Source: an uncultured Verrucomicrobiae bacterium (GTDB taxonomy: Bacteria > Verrucomicrobiota > Verrucomicrobiia > Chthoniobacterales > JAFAMB01). Taken from it: a stretch of DNA of 64,000 bases. Below the pieces are notes generated by a model, which saw nothing but the letters and a program-made list of their open reading frames with translations, did not search any database and had not been told where the DNA came from. The DNA lies in NCBI GenBank assembly GCA_963837955.1, contig CAWIPH010000002.1, positions 2,016,001 through 2,080,000 on the forward strand. The letters are read 5' to 3'. The stretch's first letter is position 1. Each line of letters opens with the position of its first letter. This document shows, piece after piece, positions 1 through 9,900 of the stretch. Made by a program: the position numbers and the translations under genes.

Positions 1-3000
1 GAGTGAACCGGGGTGACCTGGAGTTGAACGTGCCGCGAATGACCGGCGCGACTTCGGGTGATATCCGAATTCTCGCCGGTGGGCCGCTCAGTATCGCCGG
101 CGCCCAGACCATCGCCGTGAACGCTTTTTGGACCTATGCGCCGGCGGATGCGAACGGCACGATCGTGCAGAGCACTGGAGCCAATGTGCCCGCAGGCGCT
201 GTTATCCTTGATCAGGTCAGCCAGGACAGCACCGCTTTCATAGGGAACGCCGAGGCGAACGGTGTGCTCAACGCCGGTTTACAGTCAAAACTGGCTGGTT
301 TAACCGCCTACCGACAGGCATTCCATTTGCGTCCCGGTGTCGAAATTGTTAGTGCAACTCCCAATGGCAATCTCATCGTGCAGGGCGATCTGGATCTCTC
401 CCTATACCGTTACGCCAGCGTCAATCCGAGCTCACAGCTCAACGGCGCCGTCTATGGTTCAGGGGAACCCGGCGTTTTGCTGTTTCGAGCAGGGGGCAAT
501 CTCACGGTGAATGGGAGTATCACGGACGGATTTGGTCAGGTTCCTGGACCGAATCCGGATGACAAGGGATGGGTACTTCAGTCCGGAATACTTGGGGCAA
601 ACCTCACATTGCCGGCTGATCTCCCGCAGGCCATCATCCTCAAACCAAGCAGCACTTACCCGGCGACCAACGTGACGCTAAACTACGACCTTCCGGTGGC
701 GACCGGAAACGTGATTCTGCCAGGGGTTAGCCTCCCCGTTACCGCCCAGCCGATCTCGCTTAGCAAGGGAGTTCAGATTTCCAGTTCATTCATCGCTACC
801 GGGACGATCACCGGTCCGAGCGGCCAGATCCTGTTCAGAGCCGGACAAACCGTGCCGGCCAGTCCAGCCGCACCTTACAAATTCGCAATTGGCACCGCGT
901 TTGGTTCCGGGAGCATCCTGCCTTTCCCGATCACCATCAACGCGGTGATGTGGCCGGCTGGTTCCTCTCTCGCGGCATTTTCTCAAAAAATCCGTCTGGA
1001 TCCGAATGGTACGCTGACTTTGGCGGCGAATGACCTGATTCCCGCCGGTGCTAACCTCGCTTTCGCAAACGGTCCAGCGAATTTGCGCCCGCTTAATAGC
1101 AACGGAGTTCAAGGGTTGATTTACCCGACTGCACCGCTGCTCGGCCCCGGCTTGCTTTCCTGGTCGTTTAGTCTGGTTAGTGGAGCCGACGTTGCGGCTG
1201 CAGATTCCCGCGCGTTGCTTGCAACCACCGCGCTGAACGGTTCAGGAAATCTCCTCTTGAGCGATCCGCACATCGCAAAAAAAGGCGGTCAACCGGACTT
1301 CAGCGTGATTCGAACCGGCACTGGAAGCCTTGACTTAATGGCCGGTGGAAATCTGGAAGAACAATCGCTTTACGGGATTTATACAGCGGGAGCTCAATCT
1401 CCCGCCATCCTTAATGCCGGAATCAACTTATACAATCCTACGCGCAGTCCTGGCTTAAGCGGAGCGTATGCGAATGTGGTAGCCGCGCAGATCGCCGGAG
1501 GGTATCAGGCATTTTACCCGACCGGCGGTGGCAATCTATTGGTGTCGGTAGGAGAGGATCTATTCACTTATACATCCGCTTTGACGACTAGCCCTGCCGT
1601 AGGGAATTGGCTCTGGCGGTCAGGGGGCGCCCTGGATCCTTCAAGCGGCGCGGTCTTGCCTGCGGCTTGGTGGATTAACTTTGGAACCTATCTTGCACCC
1701 AACGGTTTTCCGGCATCACTAACCGGGTTCACCGGCTTTGGAACGCTGGGAGGCGGGAATCTGACGATTTTGGTCGCCGGTAGCGCCGGAATTCAAAATG
1801 CGGGCCCTGGTAGTCGGAGCGGGGGCTCGTTCGTTCCAACTACGAGTCAAAGCCTCGTCGCGGCTATCGGAGCGACTGGACGAATCAATGGCACCTCAAT
1901 CGTGGAAACGGGTGGAGGCGACCTCACTATCAAGATTGGCGGAGCTCTCAATCCAGTGGCTTCGAACTTTCAGGAAAACGATCTCGATGGCGGCGAGTTC
2001 ACTGAACTGCGCGGAACATTACAAATCAAGGCTGGGTCGATCGGCGGGTTAGAACTATTGTACGGGAGGTCGAGCCCGACAGATCCCGTACCTACCAGCC
2101 CTTTTGTTGCGGCTGGTCTGACCCTTGCCAATAGCGCGCCGATCTACGGGAATCCGGTCGTTGTCCTGGGCGATGCGGTCGCCGAATTTGAAACGCGCGG
2201 CGATTTAGCCTTGGGCGGTGTCGATGACGCGGGCAGGGTAGCGGAATCGGTACAATTTCAGGGCGCGTGGACCGGGCACCTCATTGTCCCTACGAATTCC
2301 TGGTTCTCTCTGTGGCGACCTCAGACCGAACTAGACCTGCTTAGCGCCGGCGGAAACCTTGCTCCGCTTAGTTTGGCTAATTTACGAGGCGACGGGAGCA
2401 ACTATGAAACCAACAACGGCTATACTTACCGAAGCTATTTCTATCCATCGATCCTGAAGTTTGTGGCCACCGATGGCAGTGTTTACCTCGGAGGGTATTA
2501 CGCGGCGTCGACCATTGAGCAGGCACCTTCGCTCTATTCGCAACTGGAGGTTTTTGCGAAGGGCTCGATTTATGCCAATGCTTTGGCAGCAGACTCAGGC
2601 AACGCCAATTCCGGCCCAGTGACCTTCGCGATTTCCAGCGGTACTCTGAATAGTGTCGCTGCACCGTTCAAGCCGGCATTCTACGGACTTGACACCCTTG
2701 GGTCTCCTGTCACCAACGTCAGTACGACGAATAGCGACGTGGTCGCCGGGTTACCGGTCGACGCGCTTTTTGTCTTCGGACTCGACACCGCGGCCAATGG
2801 TCTTTCTCATTTCGATCTACCCTCTCGTATCTACGCCGGAGGGGATATCGTTGACTCTCAATACGGTGCGGTTTTGACTCCGCGTCCGTCAGGCTCCGCT
2901 ACCGAAACTTTGTACCTGTCAGCTGGGCCTGTCCAGATTCGGGCTGGCGGCAACATCATCAACTTCGGTTCGCCGGGAAGCCAGGGCCTAATCCTGAATA

Positions 3001-4286
3001 ATTCGCGGCAGGATGTCTCCGTAATCTCGGCCGGCAGCGATATTCTCTACGCGAATGTCGATGTTGCTGGCCCGGGCGATCTGGAGGTCAGCGCCGGGCA
3101 CAACCTTTATCAGAACCAGGCGATCTTGGATCAACAGGCGGTCATTGAGAGCATCGGTTTGCTTGGATCAGCGAGAACTCTCAACCCGAGCGGAGGCGCG
3201 TCGGTCAGCGTGATGGCGGGTGTTGGGGCGAGCGGTCCCGATTTCAACCAGTTCGCGACGCTTTACCTGAACCCGGCCAACTTGGCAGATCCTTCCATCC
3301 CGCTGCAGAATCAGCCGGGCAAGGTAGTCCAAACTTACCAGAACGAATTGTATGCCTGGCTCAAACAGGTGTACGGGTACACCGGTACGGAGACGAATGA
3401 ACTGGCTTATTTCGATTCCTTGTCCCCTGACCAGCGGAGCGTATTTCTGCTGCAAACCTATTTTGCGGAGCTGAACCTTAGCGGCCTGGAACATAACGAC
3501 CCCACCAGCCCGTTCTTTCAGACTTATCTGCGAGGAACCCGGGCGATTACAACCCTGTTCCCCGGTTCGGCGGCCAGCTACAAAGGTAACCTTACGCTTT
3601 TCGGAGGGGCAGGCATCCGGACTGATTTCGGCGGCGCCATTGACGTACTCACACCGGACGGTCAAACCATCGTCGGGGTGGAAGGCGCGCAACCGCCGCC
3701 AACGGCGGGTATCCTGACCCAGGGGTCCGGCGACATCAATATCTACTCCGAAGGCAGCGTGTTGCTCGGGCAGAGCCGAATCCTGACGACCTTTGGTGGC
3801 AACATCCTGATCTGGTCAGGCACCGGCGATATTAATGCCGGTATCGGCGCCAAGGGAACTGTCATCTTTACGCCGCCCGGCATCGTTTATGACGGATTCG
3901 CCGACATACTCCTTTCGCCAACGGTACCGAGCTCCGGTGCCGGTATCGGCACGCTAGACCCGATCCCGCAAGTGCCTCCGGGAAACCTGAACCTGATTGC
4001 TCCGCAGGGAACCATCGATGCCGGCGAAGCAGGTATTCGCGTCTCCGGCAATGCCAACTTGGCCGCGCGCGTTATCATCAACGCCGCGAATATTACGGTG
4101 CAAGGTCACGCGACTGGTTTGCCCACAATTGTCACGCCGAACGTGGCTGCGATCACGGCAGCCAGCAACACCGTTGGCGCAGCGAATAATGTGGCGAACG
4201 AAATCGCGAAACAGCAGGTCGCTGCAGGCACGCAGGACATTCCGTCGATCATCACCGTCGAGGTCCTCGGGTACGGCGGAGGGTAA
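1..4286 (+). CDS. Large filamentous haemagglutinin-family exoprotein (TpsA), C-terminal part with DUF3739-like domain; 5'-truncated by the window edge
   Basis: Open frame of at least 1427 aa, rich in G/A/N/T beta-strand motifs. C-terminal GDINAGIG...GAGIGTL..P...GNLNLIAPQGTIDAGEAGIRVSGN motif and final PSIITVEVLGYGGG. Lies directly upstream of a ShlB/FhaC gene. Confidence 0.88.
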   Translation, partial: VNRGDLELNVPRMTGATSGDIRILAGGPLSIAGAQTIAVNAFWTYAPADANGTIVQSTGANVPAGAVILDQVSQDSTAFIGNAEANGVLNAGLQSKLAGLTAYRQAFHLRPGVEIVSATPNGNLIVQGDLDLSLYRYASVNPSSQLNGAVYGSGEPGVLLFRAGGNLTVNGSITDGFGQVPGPNPDDKGWVLQSGILGANLTLPADLPQAIILKPSSTYPATNVTLNYDLPVATGNVILPGVSLPVTAQPISLSKGVQISSSFIATGTITGPSGQILFRAGQTVPASPAAPYKFAIGTAFGSGSILPFPITINAVMWPAGSSLAAFSQKIRLDPNGTLTLAANDLIPAGANLAFANGPANLRPLNSNGVQGLIYPTAPLLGPGLLSWSFSLVSGADVAAADSRALLATTALNGSGNLLLSDPHIAKKGGQPDFSVIRTGTGSLDLMAGGNLEEQSLYGIYTAGAQSPAILNAGINLYNPTRSPGLSGAYANVVAAQIAGGYQAFYPTGGGNLLVSVGEDLFTYTSALTTSPAVGNWLWRSGGALDPSSGAVLPAAWWINFGTYLAPNGFPASLTGFTGFGTLGGGNLTILVAGSAGIQNAGPGSRSGGSFVPTTSQSLVAAIGATGRINGTSIVETGGGDLTIKIGGALNPVASNFQENDLDGGEFTELRGTLQIKAGSIGGLELLYGRSSPTDPVPTSPFVAAGLTLANSAPIYGNPVVVLGDAVAEFETRGDLALGGVDDAGRVAESVQFQGAWTGHLIVPTNSWFSLWRPQTELDLLSAGGNLAPLSLANLRGDGSNYETNNGYTYRSYFYPSILKFVATDGSVYLGGYYAASTIEQAPSLYSQLEVFAKGSIYANALAADSGNANSGPVTFAISSGTLNSVAAPFKPAFYGLDTLGSPVTNVSTTNSDVVAGLPVDALFVFGLDTAANGLSHFDLPSRIYAGGDIVDSQYGAVLTPRPSGSATETLYLSAGPVQIRAGGNIINFGSPGSQGLILNNSRQDVSVISAGSDILYANVDVAGPGDLEVSAGHNLYQNQAILDQQAVIESIGLLGSARTLNPSGGASVSVMAGVGASGPDFNQFATLYLNPANLADPSIPLQNQPGKVVQTYQNELYAWLKQVYGYTGTETNELAYFDSLSPDQRSVFLLQTYFAELNLSGLEHNDPTSPFFQTYLRGTRAITTLFPGSAASYKGNLTLFGGAGIRTDFGGAIDVLTPDGQTIVGVEGAQPPPTAGILTQGSGDINIYSEGSVLLGQSRILTTFGGNILIWSGTGDINAGIGAKGTVIFTPPGIVYDGFADILLSPTVPSSGAGIGTLDPIPQVPPGNLNLIAPQGTIDAGEAGIRVSGNANLAARVIINAANITVQGHATGLPTIVTPNVAAITAASNTVGAANNVANEIAKQQVAAGTQDIPSIITVEVLGYGGG

Positions 4287-4297
4287 GAGAGAAGAGA

Positions 4298-4745
4298 TCT
4301 CACGCAAAGACGGAAAATCTCACGCAAAGACGCCAAGACGGATTTGAACAGGAGGTAACGGAGGAAACAGAGGTCTTGACGGAGACCTCAGCGGCGCGGC
4401 TGGAGCTCGTCGAAGTCCGGGGCGGAATAAGAGAAAATCTCACGCAAAGACGCCAAAAAAATCCAGGACACAGAGAAACGGAATCCAAGATCGATAGCGG
4501 CGACTGTCCGGCTGCCTGCCGAATTCTGCTTAATCCGGGTCTCACGAAGGACCCGCCGCGTAATACGCTGAGGAGGATCAGGTTTTCGCGTTACCACCAT
4601 CGGACGAGTCACGCCTTTATCTTGTCTTTCCTTTGCGTCTTCGCGTCTTTGCGTGAGTTCTCTTCGTAGCTCGAGACGTCGACCGTGTCCGTCAAAGCCT
4701 CTGTTTCCTCCGTTACCTCCTGTTCAAAGCCGTCTTTGCGTGAGA
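4298..4745. repeat. Nested intergenic inverted repeats
   Basis: TCTCACGCAAAGACG at 4298, 4318 and 4438 versus CGTCTTTGCGTGAG at about 4644 and 4731. TTTGAACAGGAGGTAACGGAGGAAACAGAGG (4343-4373) versus its exact reverse complement (4698-4728). Confidence 0.9.
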
Positions 4746-4940
4746 CTTGCGTCTTCCCGGGACGATACCGAGTAGATCCACCGTAGAAGCCAGAAGACGC
4801 CGCTTCTGCTGACATGGTTACAATAAGAACTGTCACAGGATCTTAACAAAGGGCGTCTTGTGTAGCTCCGGCCAACACCGGTATGAACTATCCCCACTTG
4901 AACGCGGTAGATCGGCCTGCCCGCCTCAAGTCGCCGGAAC

Positions 4941-6728
4941 ATGCACACCGCCCTACAGGACCACTTAGATCATTCGCCGGTACGATGCGGTGTGGCGAAG
5001 GAGTGGAGTGTTGGAGTTGCGGAGTTCTGGAGTGATGGAGTGAGGGTGCGGCTGAGTTCGGGTCGGAGTCACCGACTTGGGCGCTTCATATTACTGTCGG
5101 TCGCTGTTTCGTTCTGCTGGCCGACCTTTTTGGGTGGGCAAACGGCGGGCCCTTCGCCTGCACCTCAGGAAGGCAAACCGTCGGCGACTCCTTCGCAGGT
5201 CAAGGCGCAAGCTAGACCGCAGACCCAAACACAGCCGGAGCGCCAGCTATACATCCAGGAGTACCGAGTCCAGGGCGCGCATCAATTAAGCCCAGTCCAG
5301 GTTGAGGAAGCGGTCTACAGCTATCTTGGACCGGGCCGGACCACCGAAGACGTGGAACATGCGTGCGCAGCGTTGGAGAAAGCCTACCAGGACAAAGGTT
5401 ATCAGACAGTGTCGGTGCAGGTTCCGCCCCAGCAGGTGAGGAACGGTGTCGTCGTCCTGCAGGTAATCGAGGGCAAGGTAGGACGGCTGCGTGTTCGCGG
5501 GTCACGCTATTTCTCTCTCGATCAGATCAAGAGGCAGGCGCCTTCGATGAGAGAAGGAACGGTGCCAAATTTCAATGATGTAACCCGGGATATCGTGGCG
5601 TTGAATCAGCTACCGGATCGACGGGTCACGCCAACTCTGCACGCCGGTGTTGAACCTGGAACGGTCGATATCGATCTGACGGTAAAAGACACGCTACCAC
5701 TGCACGGCAGCATGGAATTGAACAACCGTAACAGTCCGAACACCTCATCCCTTCGGCTCAATGGTTCGGTCAGTTACAATAACCTCTGGCAGCTGGGTCA
5801 CTCGCTCGGGTTCAGCTTTCAGGTCGCGCCAGAGCGTGCGGCCGATGCGGAGGTTTTTTCAGCGTACTATCTCGCCCGATTTTCCGGGGCCGAATGGCTC
5901 AGTCTGCTGATTCAGGGGACCAAGCAGGACAGTAATGTATCGACGCTCGGTAGCATTGCGGTCGCGGGACGCGGCGAAATCCTGGGCGCGCGAGCCATTA
6001 TCACGTTGCCGCCCGGCAAGGATTTCTATGAGTCGCTCAGTCTCGGAATTGATTGGAAGCATTTTGATCAACGGGTAGCGCTCGGGACCGGCACGATCGC
6101 CACACCCATCACATACTACCCGGTGAGCGCCGTCTACACTGGCACCTGGGTTTCCCCGGGCTCGGAGACTGATCTGAACGCAGGTGTCACCTTAGGTCTG
6201 CGCGGTGTAGGCAGTAAGGATACGGAATTTGATAACAGCCGATTCAAGGCGAGCGGCAATTTCTTCTATTTCCGAGGCGATCTGGCTCATACGCAGGATT
6301 TGCCCTGTGGCTGGCAGGTCTATGGGAAAGTACAGGGCCAGATTGCCGATCAACCGCTGGTGAATAGCGAGCAAATCGGCGGCGGTGGTTTGGGAACCGT
6401 ACGTGGGTATTACGAAGCGGAGGAGTTGGGCGACAGCGGCATTTTTGGTACGGTGGAGCTGCGCAGTCCTTCGCTTCTCGGTTGGATGGGAAAGAAGGGC
6501 GACGAATGGCGGTTCTACGGCTTCCTGGATGCCGGACGGTTGACTCTGAGAAATCCGCTTCCTGAACAAATCTCCCGCTTCGACCTGATGAGCTACGGGG
6601 GAGGCACCCGGGTCCAAGTCTATGACCATTTCAATGGATCGCTCGACATCGGGGTACCGCTTATCAGCGGTCAGAACACTCCGCTGCACGAGGTCCGCTT
6701 CACTTTCCGTCTGTGGGCTGATTTCTGA
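4941..6728 (+). CDS. ShlB/FhaC/HecB-family two-partner secretion transporter (TpsB); true start probably downstream of 4941
   Basis: POTRA-like region (IQEYRVQG...LEKAYQDKGYQTVSV.VPPQ...G.V.LQVIEGKVG), VRGY motif (GGLGTVRGY) of the Omp85/TpsB barrel, C-terminal Phe. Confidence 0.9.
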   Translation: MHTALQDHLDHSPVRCGVAKEWSVGVAEFWSDGVRVRLSSGRSHRLGRFILLSVAVSFCWPTFLGGQTAGPSPAPQEGKPSATPSQVKAQARPQTQTQPERQLYIQEYRVQGAHQLSPVQVEEAVYSYLGPGRTTEDVEHACAALEKAYQDKGYQTVSVQVPPQQVRNGVVVLQVIEGKVGRLRVRGSRYFSLDQIKRQAPSMREGTVPNFNDVTRDIVALNQLPDRRVTPTLHAGVEPGTVDIDLTVKDTLPLHGSMELNNRNSPNTSSLRLNGSVSYNNLWQLGHSLGFSFQVAPERAADAEVFSAYYLARFSGAEWLSLLIQGTKQDSNVSTLGSIAVAGRGEILGARAIITLPPGKDFYESLSLGIDWKHFDQRVALGTGTIATPITYYPVSAVYTGTWVSPGSETDLNAGVTLGLRGVGSKDTEFDNSRFKASGNFFYFRGDLAHTQDLPCGWQVYGKVQGQIADQPLVNSEQIGGGGLGTVRGYYEAEELGDSGIFGTVELRSPSLLGWMGKKGDEWRFYGFLDAGRLTLRNPLPEQISRFDLMSYGGGTRVQVYDHFNGSLDIGVPLISGQNTPLHEVRFTFRLWADF

Positions 6729-6751
6729 ACCGCAAAAAACGAATCTCGATT

Positions 6752-8614
6752 ATGGCAACGGCTAGTAAACCATCAAAGATACATCTCCTAACTCTTGGGC
6801 ACTTCGCGAGGCTGCGATCCCTCCCGAGCATCCTGGGCTGTTTGATCATCCTGATCTTTCCGGTCGCCGCTCACGCGTGGTGGAATGGCGATTGGTCGAT
6901 CCGAAGGAAAATCACTGTAGACATGACGGCAACAGGGGCCGCCATCACCGAGCCGATCGGCACCGTTCCGCTGCTACTTCGGCTGCACGACGGCAACTTC
7001 CAATTCAGCGCAGCGAAAGAAGACGGGAGCGATATCCGTCTCGTTGCCGAAGACGATAAGACTCTCCTCACCTATCACGTGGAAAAGTATGATTCGCTTT
7101 TGAACGAAGCGTTCGTCTGGGTGAAGATCCCCGATCTGAAGCCTGGCGCGAAGACCAGCTTCTGGCTCTACTACGGCAACAGTAACGCGTCGGCCACGCG
7201 AGTCGATAATGCGAAGGGCACATATGATCCCGAAACGGTGCTGGTCTACCATTTCGGAGCACAACCTCCGGCGGATTCCACAAGTTACGAGAACAACGCG
7301 AAGACCGCGGGCACTGCCGTAGAAGGTTCACTCATTGGAAGCGGCGTACGCCTGGATGGAAAGAACGCTATCGCGCTGCCTGACTCTCCCTCGCTGGCCT
7401 GGACGCAGGGTGGAGCGCTGACCTGGTCGGCTTGGATCAATCCCTCGGCGTTGCAGCCGAACGCCGCGATCTATAGCCGTCGAGAAGGTGCGAATAGCTT
7501 CGTGATTGGCCTCGATAACGGCATTCCCTATGTGGAAGTGACCGGGTCGAACGGTACTGCTCGTACCGGACCGGGAACCGCGATTCCCACGGGCAGCTGG
7601 CGGCATCTTGCAGTGGTCGCCGCAGGCTCGGTGATCACGCTCTATGTCGATGGCGCATCCTACGGGACGGTGAGTGCGTCAATCCCGGCGACGAGCAGTT
7701 CCGCGTTGATCGGAGGAGACACGGCCGGATCCGGTTTCACCGGTGAAATGGACGAGCTGGAAATTTCGAAGGTCGCGCGCGATCCGGGCTTCATCAAACT
7801 GCTGGCCAACGACCAGGGCGGTGAAAAAGCGACCAAACTGCTGACGTTTGGCGAAGACGAGCAGACGGGAAGCTGGTTGACCGGTTATTTCGCGGTCATC
7901 CTGAAGTCAGTAACTCCCGACGGCTGGGTCGTGATTGGCATCCTCATGGTGATGGCTGTGTTCAGTTGGTTCGTGATGTTTAATCGGTTGGCCTATCTGA
8001 ACCGAGTCAGTAAAGGGAACGCAAAGTTCCTGGAGGAGTGGAACCATATTTCGAGAGATCTCACTGTTCTGGACGACGGAAACGCTGAAAAGGTGAGAAC
8101 CATGGGTGGCCGGATTGGGATAGGGAGCAGCGCCATCCGCAACGCTGCCATTTACCGGATCTATCACATCGGAGCGGAGGAAATCCGGCACCGACTCGGG
8201 AACGGGGGGCCCAAGGTGCTGTCCGGTCCATCGATCCAAGCTATCCGCGCTAGCCTCGATGGCGGACTCGTACGCGAGAGCCAAAAACTCAATAGCCTGA
8301 TGGTGTTCCTCACGCTGGCCATCTCGGGTGGTCCGTTCCTCGGTCTTCTGGGTACGGTGGTCGGCGTGATGATCACTTTTGCCGCGATTGCTGCTGCGGG
8401 CGACGTGAACGTCAATTCCATTGCGCCCGGTATTGCCGCCGCGTTGGTGGCAACGGTGGCCGGTCTCGCTGTCGCCATCCCCGCCCTGTTTGGCTACAAT
8501 TACTTACTCACTCGAATCAAGAATCTGACCAGCGACATGAACGTCTTCATCGACGAATTCGTGACGAAGATGGCCGAGTTCTACAGCAGCCGGCCGGACG
8601 AGGTGGTCCGCTGA
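6752..8614 (+). CDS. exbB: DUF2341 + LamG-like + MotA/TolQ/ExbB proton-channel protein
   Basis: Signal peptide (AHA-WWNGDWSIRRKI), DUF2341-like DGSDIRLV...VWVKIP..., LamG-like F.GEMDELEIS, and ExbB TM motifs GPFLGLLGTVVGVMITF and GIAAALVATVAGLAVAIPA. Confidence 0.9.
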   Translation: MATASKPSKIHLLTLGHFARLRSLPSILGCLIILIFPVAAHAWWNGDWSIRRKITVDMTATGAAITEPIGTVPLLLRLHDGNFQFSAAKEDGSDIRLVAEDDKTLLTYHVEKYDSLLNEAFVWVKIPDLKPGAKTSFWLYYGNSNASATRVDNAKGTYDPETVLVYHFGAQPPADSTSYENNAKTAGTAVEGSLIGSGVRLDGKNAIALPDSPSLAWTQGGALTWSAWINPSALQPNAAIYSRREGANSFVIGLDNGIPYVEVTGSNGTARTGPGTAIPTGSWRHLAVVAAGSVITLYVDGASYGTVSASIPATSSSALIGGDTAGSGFTGEMDELEISKVARDPGFIKLLANDQGGEKATKLLTFGEDEQTGSWLTGYFAVILKSVTPDGWVVIGILMVMAVFSWFVMFNRLAYLNRVSKGNAKFLEEWNHISRDLTVLDDGNAEKVRTMGGRIGIGSSAIRNAAIYRIYHIGAEEIRHRLGNGGPKVLSGPSIQAIRASLDGGLVRESQKLNSLMVFLTLAISGGPFLGLLGTVVGVMITFAAIAAAGDVNVNSIAPGIAAALVATVAGLAVAIPALFGYNYLLTRIKNLTSDMNVFIDEFVTKMAEFYSSRPDEVVR

Positions 8615-8643
8615 TCCAGCTCTCTTTTTAAGAACGGAGCTCT

Positions 8644-9048
8644 ATGCAAGTCCAATCCGAAGAGAAGCCTTACGACGACATCAACATCACGCCGATGCTC
8701 GACCTGGCTTATGTGCTCCTCGTTATCTTCATCATCATGACGACTGCTTCGGTCCAAGGACTGAAGGTCAATCTGCCCAAGGCGGGCGCCGCGCCCAGCT
8801 TGGCTAAGCCGCAGACCAAGGCGATCACGGTCACCAACGAAGGCAAGATTTTTCTCGATACGGTTCCCGTCACGCTAGCGGAATTGGAACAGCGTCTGAC
8901 CCAACAGAAAGCGCAGACACCTGAGTTTCCGGTGGTGGTACGAGGCGATAGCCTAACTCAATATCAGAAGGTTATGGACGTACTGGATTTGCTCGGGCGT
9001 TTAGGCATAACCCAGGTCGGACTGGCGACCAAACCGCTCGTGAAATGA
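8644..9048 (+). CDS. exbD: Biopolymer transporter ExbD/TolR
   Basis: DINITPMLDLAYVLLVIFII motif, VVVRGD...Y..VMDVLD; directly follows exbB. Confidence 0.92.
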   Translation: MQVQSEEKPYDDINITPMLDLAYVLLVIFIIMTTASVQGLKVNLPKAGAAPSLAKPQTKAITVTNEGKIFLDTVPVTLAELEQRLTQQKAQTPEFPVVVRGDSLTQYQKVMDVLDLLGRLGITQVGLATKPLVK

Positions 9049-9148
9049 TTGCGCGCTACAAGTTCTCAGAATGTTGTTTTTGCGCGAGGAGTTTCTCCCT
9101 TCCTTCGCGAGTGATCAACCACGCTGCGAATCGTAACCCCGTGGCTCC

Positions 9149-9865
9149 ATGGATCTGACTGACCAAGACGAAATCAGTTTCTTTCGCCGGCATCGTTTCT
9201 TGGTCGCTGGCGGCGTCCTGCTCGCCCTCATCGCAATCGCCGCTTTGGCCATGAAGATGTTCACTGGTCAGAGCTCGACGCCAGTCAAGGTGCCGCAAAT
9301 GACTTTCGTGAAGCTGTTGCCTCCGGCGCCGACGCCGACGCCACCTCCGCCGACGCAGTCAACGCCGCGCCCGCAGGAGATGATCGAGCAAAAACAGATG
9401 GTCGAGCCGGAGAACAAGCCAATCAAACCGGACGAGAAACCCAAGGAAGAGTCGAAGGATAATAAGAAGCCGCCGGGTCCGTTAGGCCTTAATGCGAAAG
9501 GGGAAGGAAATTCGGACTCCTTCGGGTTGGTGGGTAGGCCTGGCGGCAATGGCTTGTTGAACGGAGGCGGTGGCGGTGGTGGCACGCGCTGGGGTTGGTA
9601 CGCCAATCAGGTTCAGGCGAAGATCGAAGACGCTCTGCGGCAAAATCGCCAGACCCGCGACGCTGCGCTCCGGGTTCAGGTCCGCATATGGGCCGATAGC
9701 ACCGGCCGCGTTACCCGCGCTCAACTGGTGGGCTCGACGGGCAACGCGGCAATCGATAGCGCCATCACGAACGAGGTTTTGTCAGGACTCCAGTTCCAGG
9801 AGCCTCCGCCCTCCGACATGCCAATGCCGATTGTCCTGCGGCTCACCGAGCGGCGACCCAACTAA
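9149..9865 (+). CDS. TonB-like energy transducer
   Basis: N-terminal TM helix, Pro/Lys/Glu-rich linker, C-terminal TonB/TolA-type domain (IWADSTGRVTRAQLVGSTGNAAIDSA). Confidence 0.82.
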   Translation: MDLTDQDEISFFRRHRFLVAGGVLLALIAIAALAMKMFTGQSSTPVKVPQMTFVKLLPPAPTPTPPPPTQSTPRPQEMIEQKQMVEPENKPIKPDEKPKEESKDNKKPPGPLGLNAKGEGNSDSFGLVGRPGGNGLLNGGGGGGGTRWGWYANQVQAKIEDALRQNRQTRDAALRVQVRIWADSTGRVTRAQLVGSTGNAAIDSAITNEVLSGLQFQEPPPSDMPMPIVLRLTERRPN

Positions 9866-9900
9866 CTCGATACCACTTTCGCAAAAGATCTCAGCTAACT

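Noticed and set aside
4810..4840. Possible Pho-box-like operator upstream of tpsB (GTTACA...GTCACA)
   Set aside because: Half-site spacing is not the 11-bp period expected for PhoB boxes; too weak to call.
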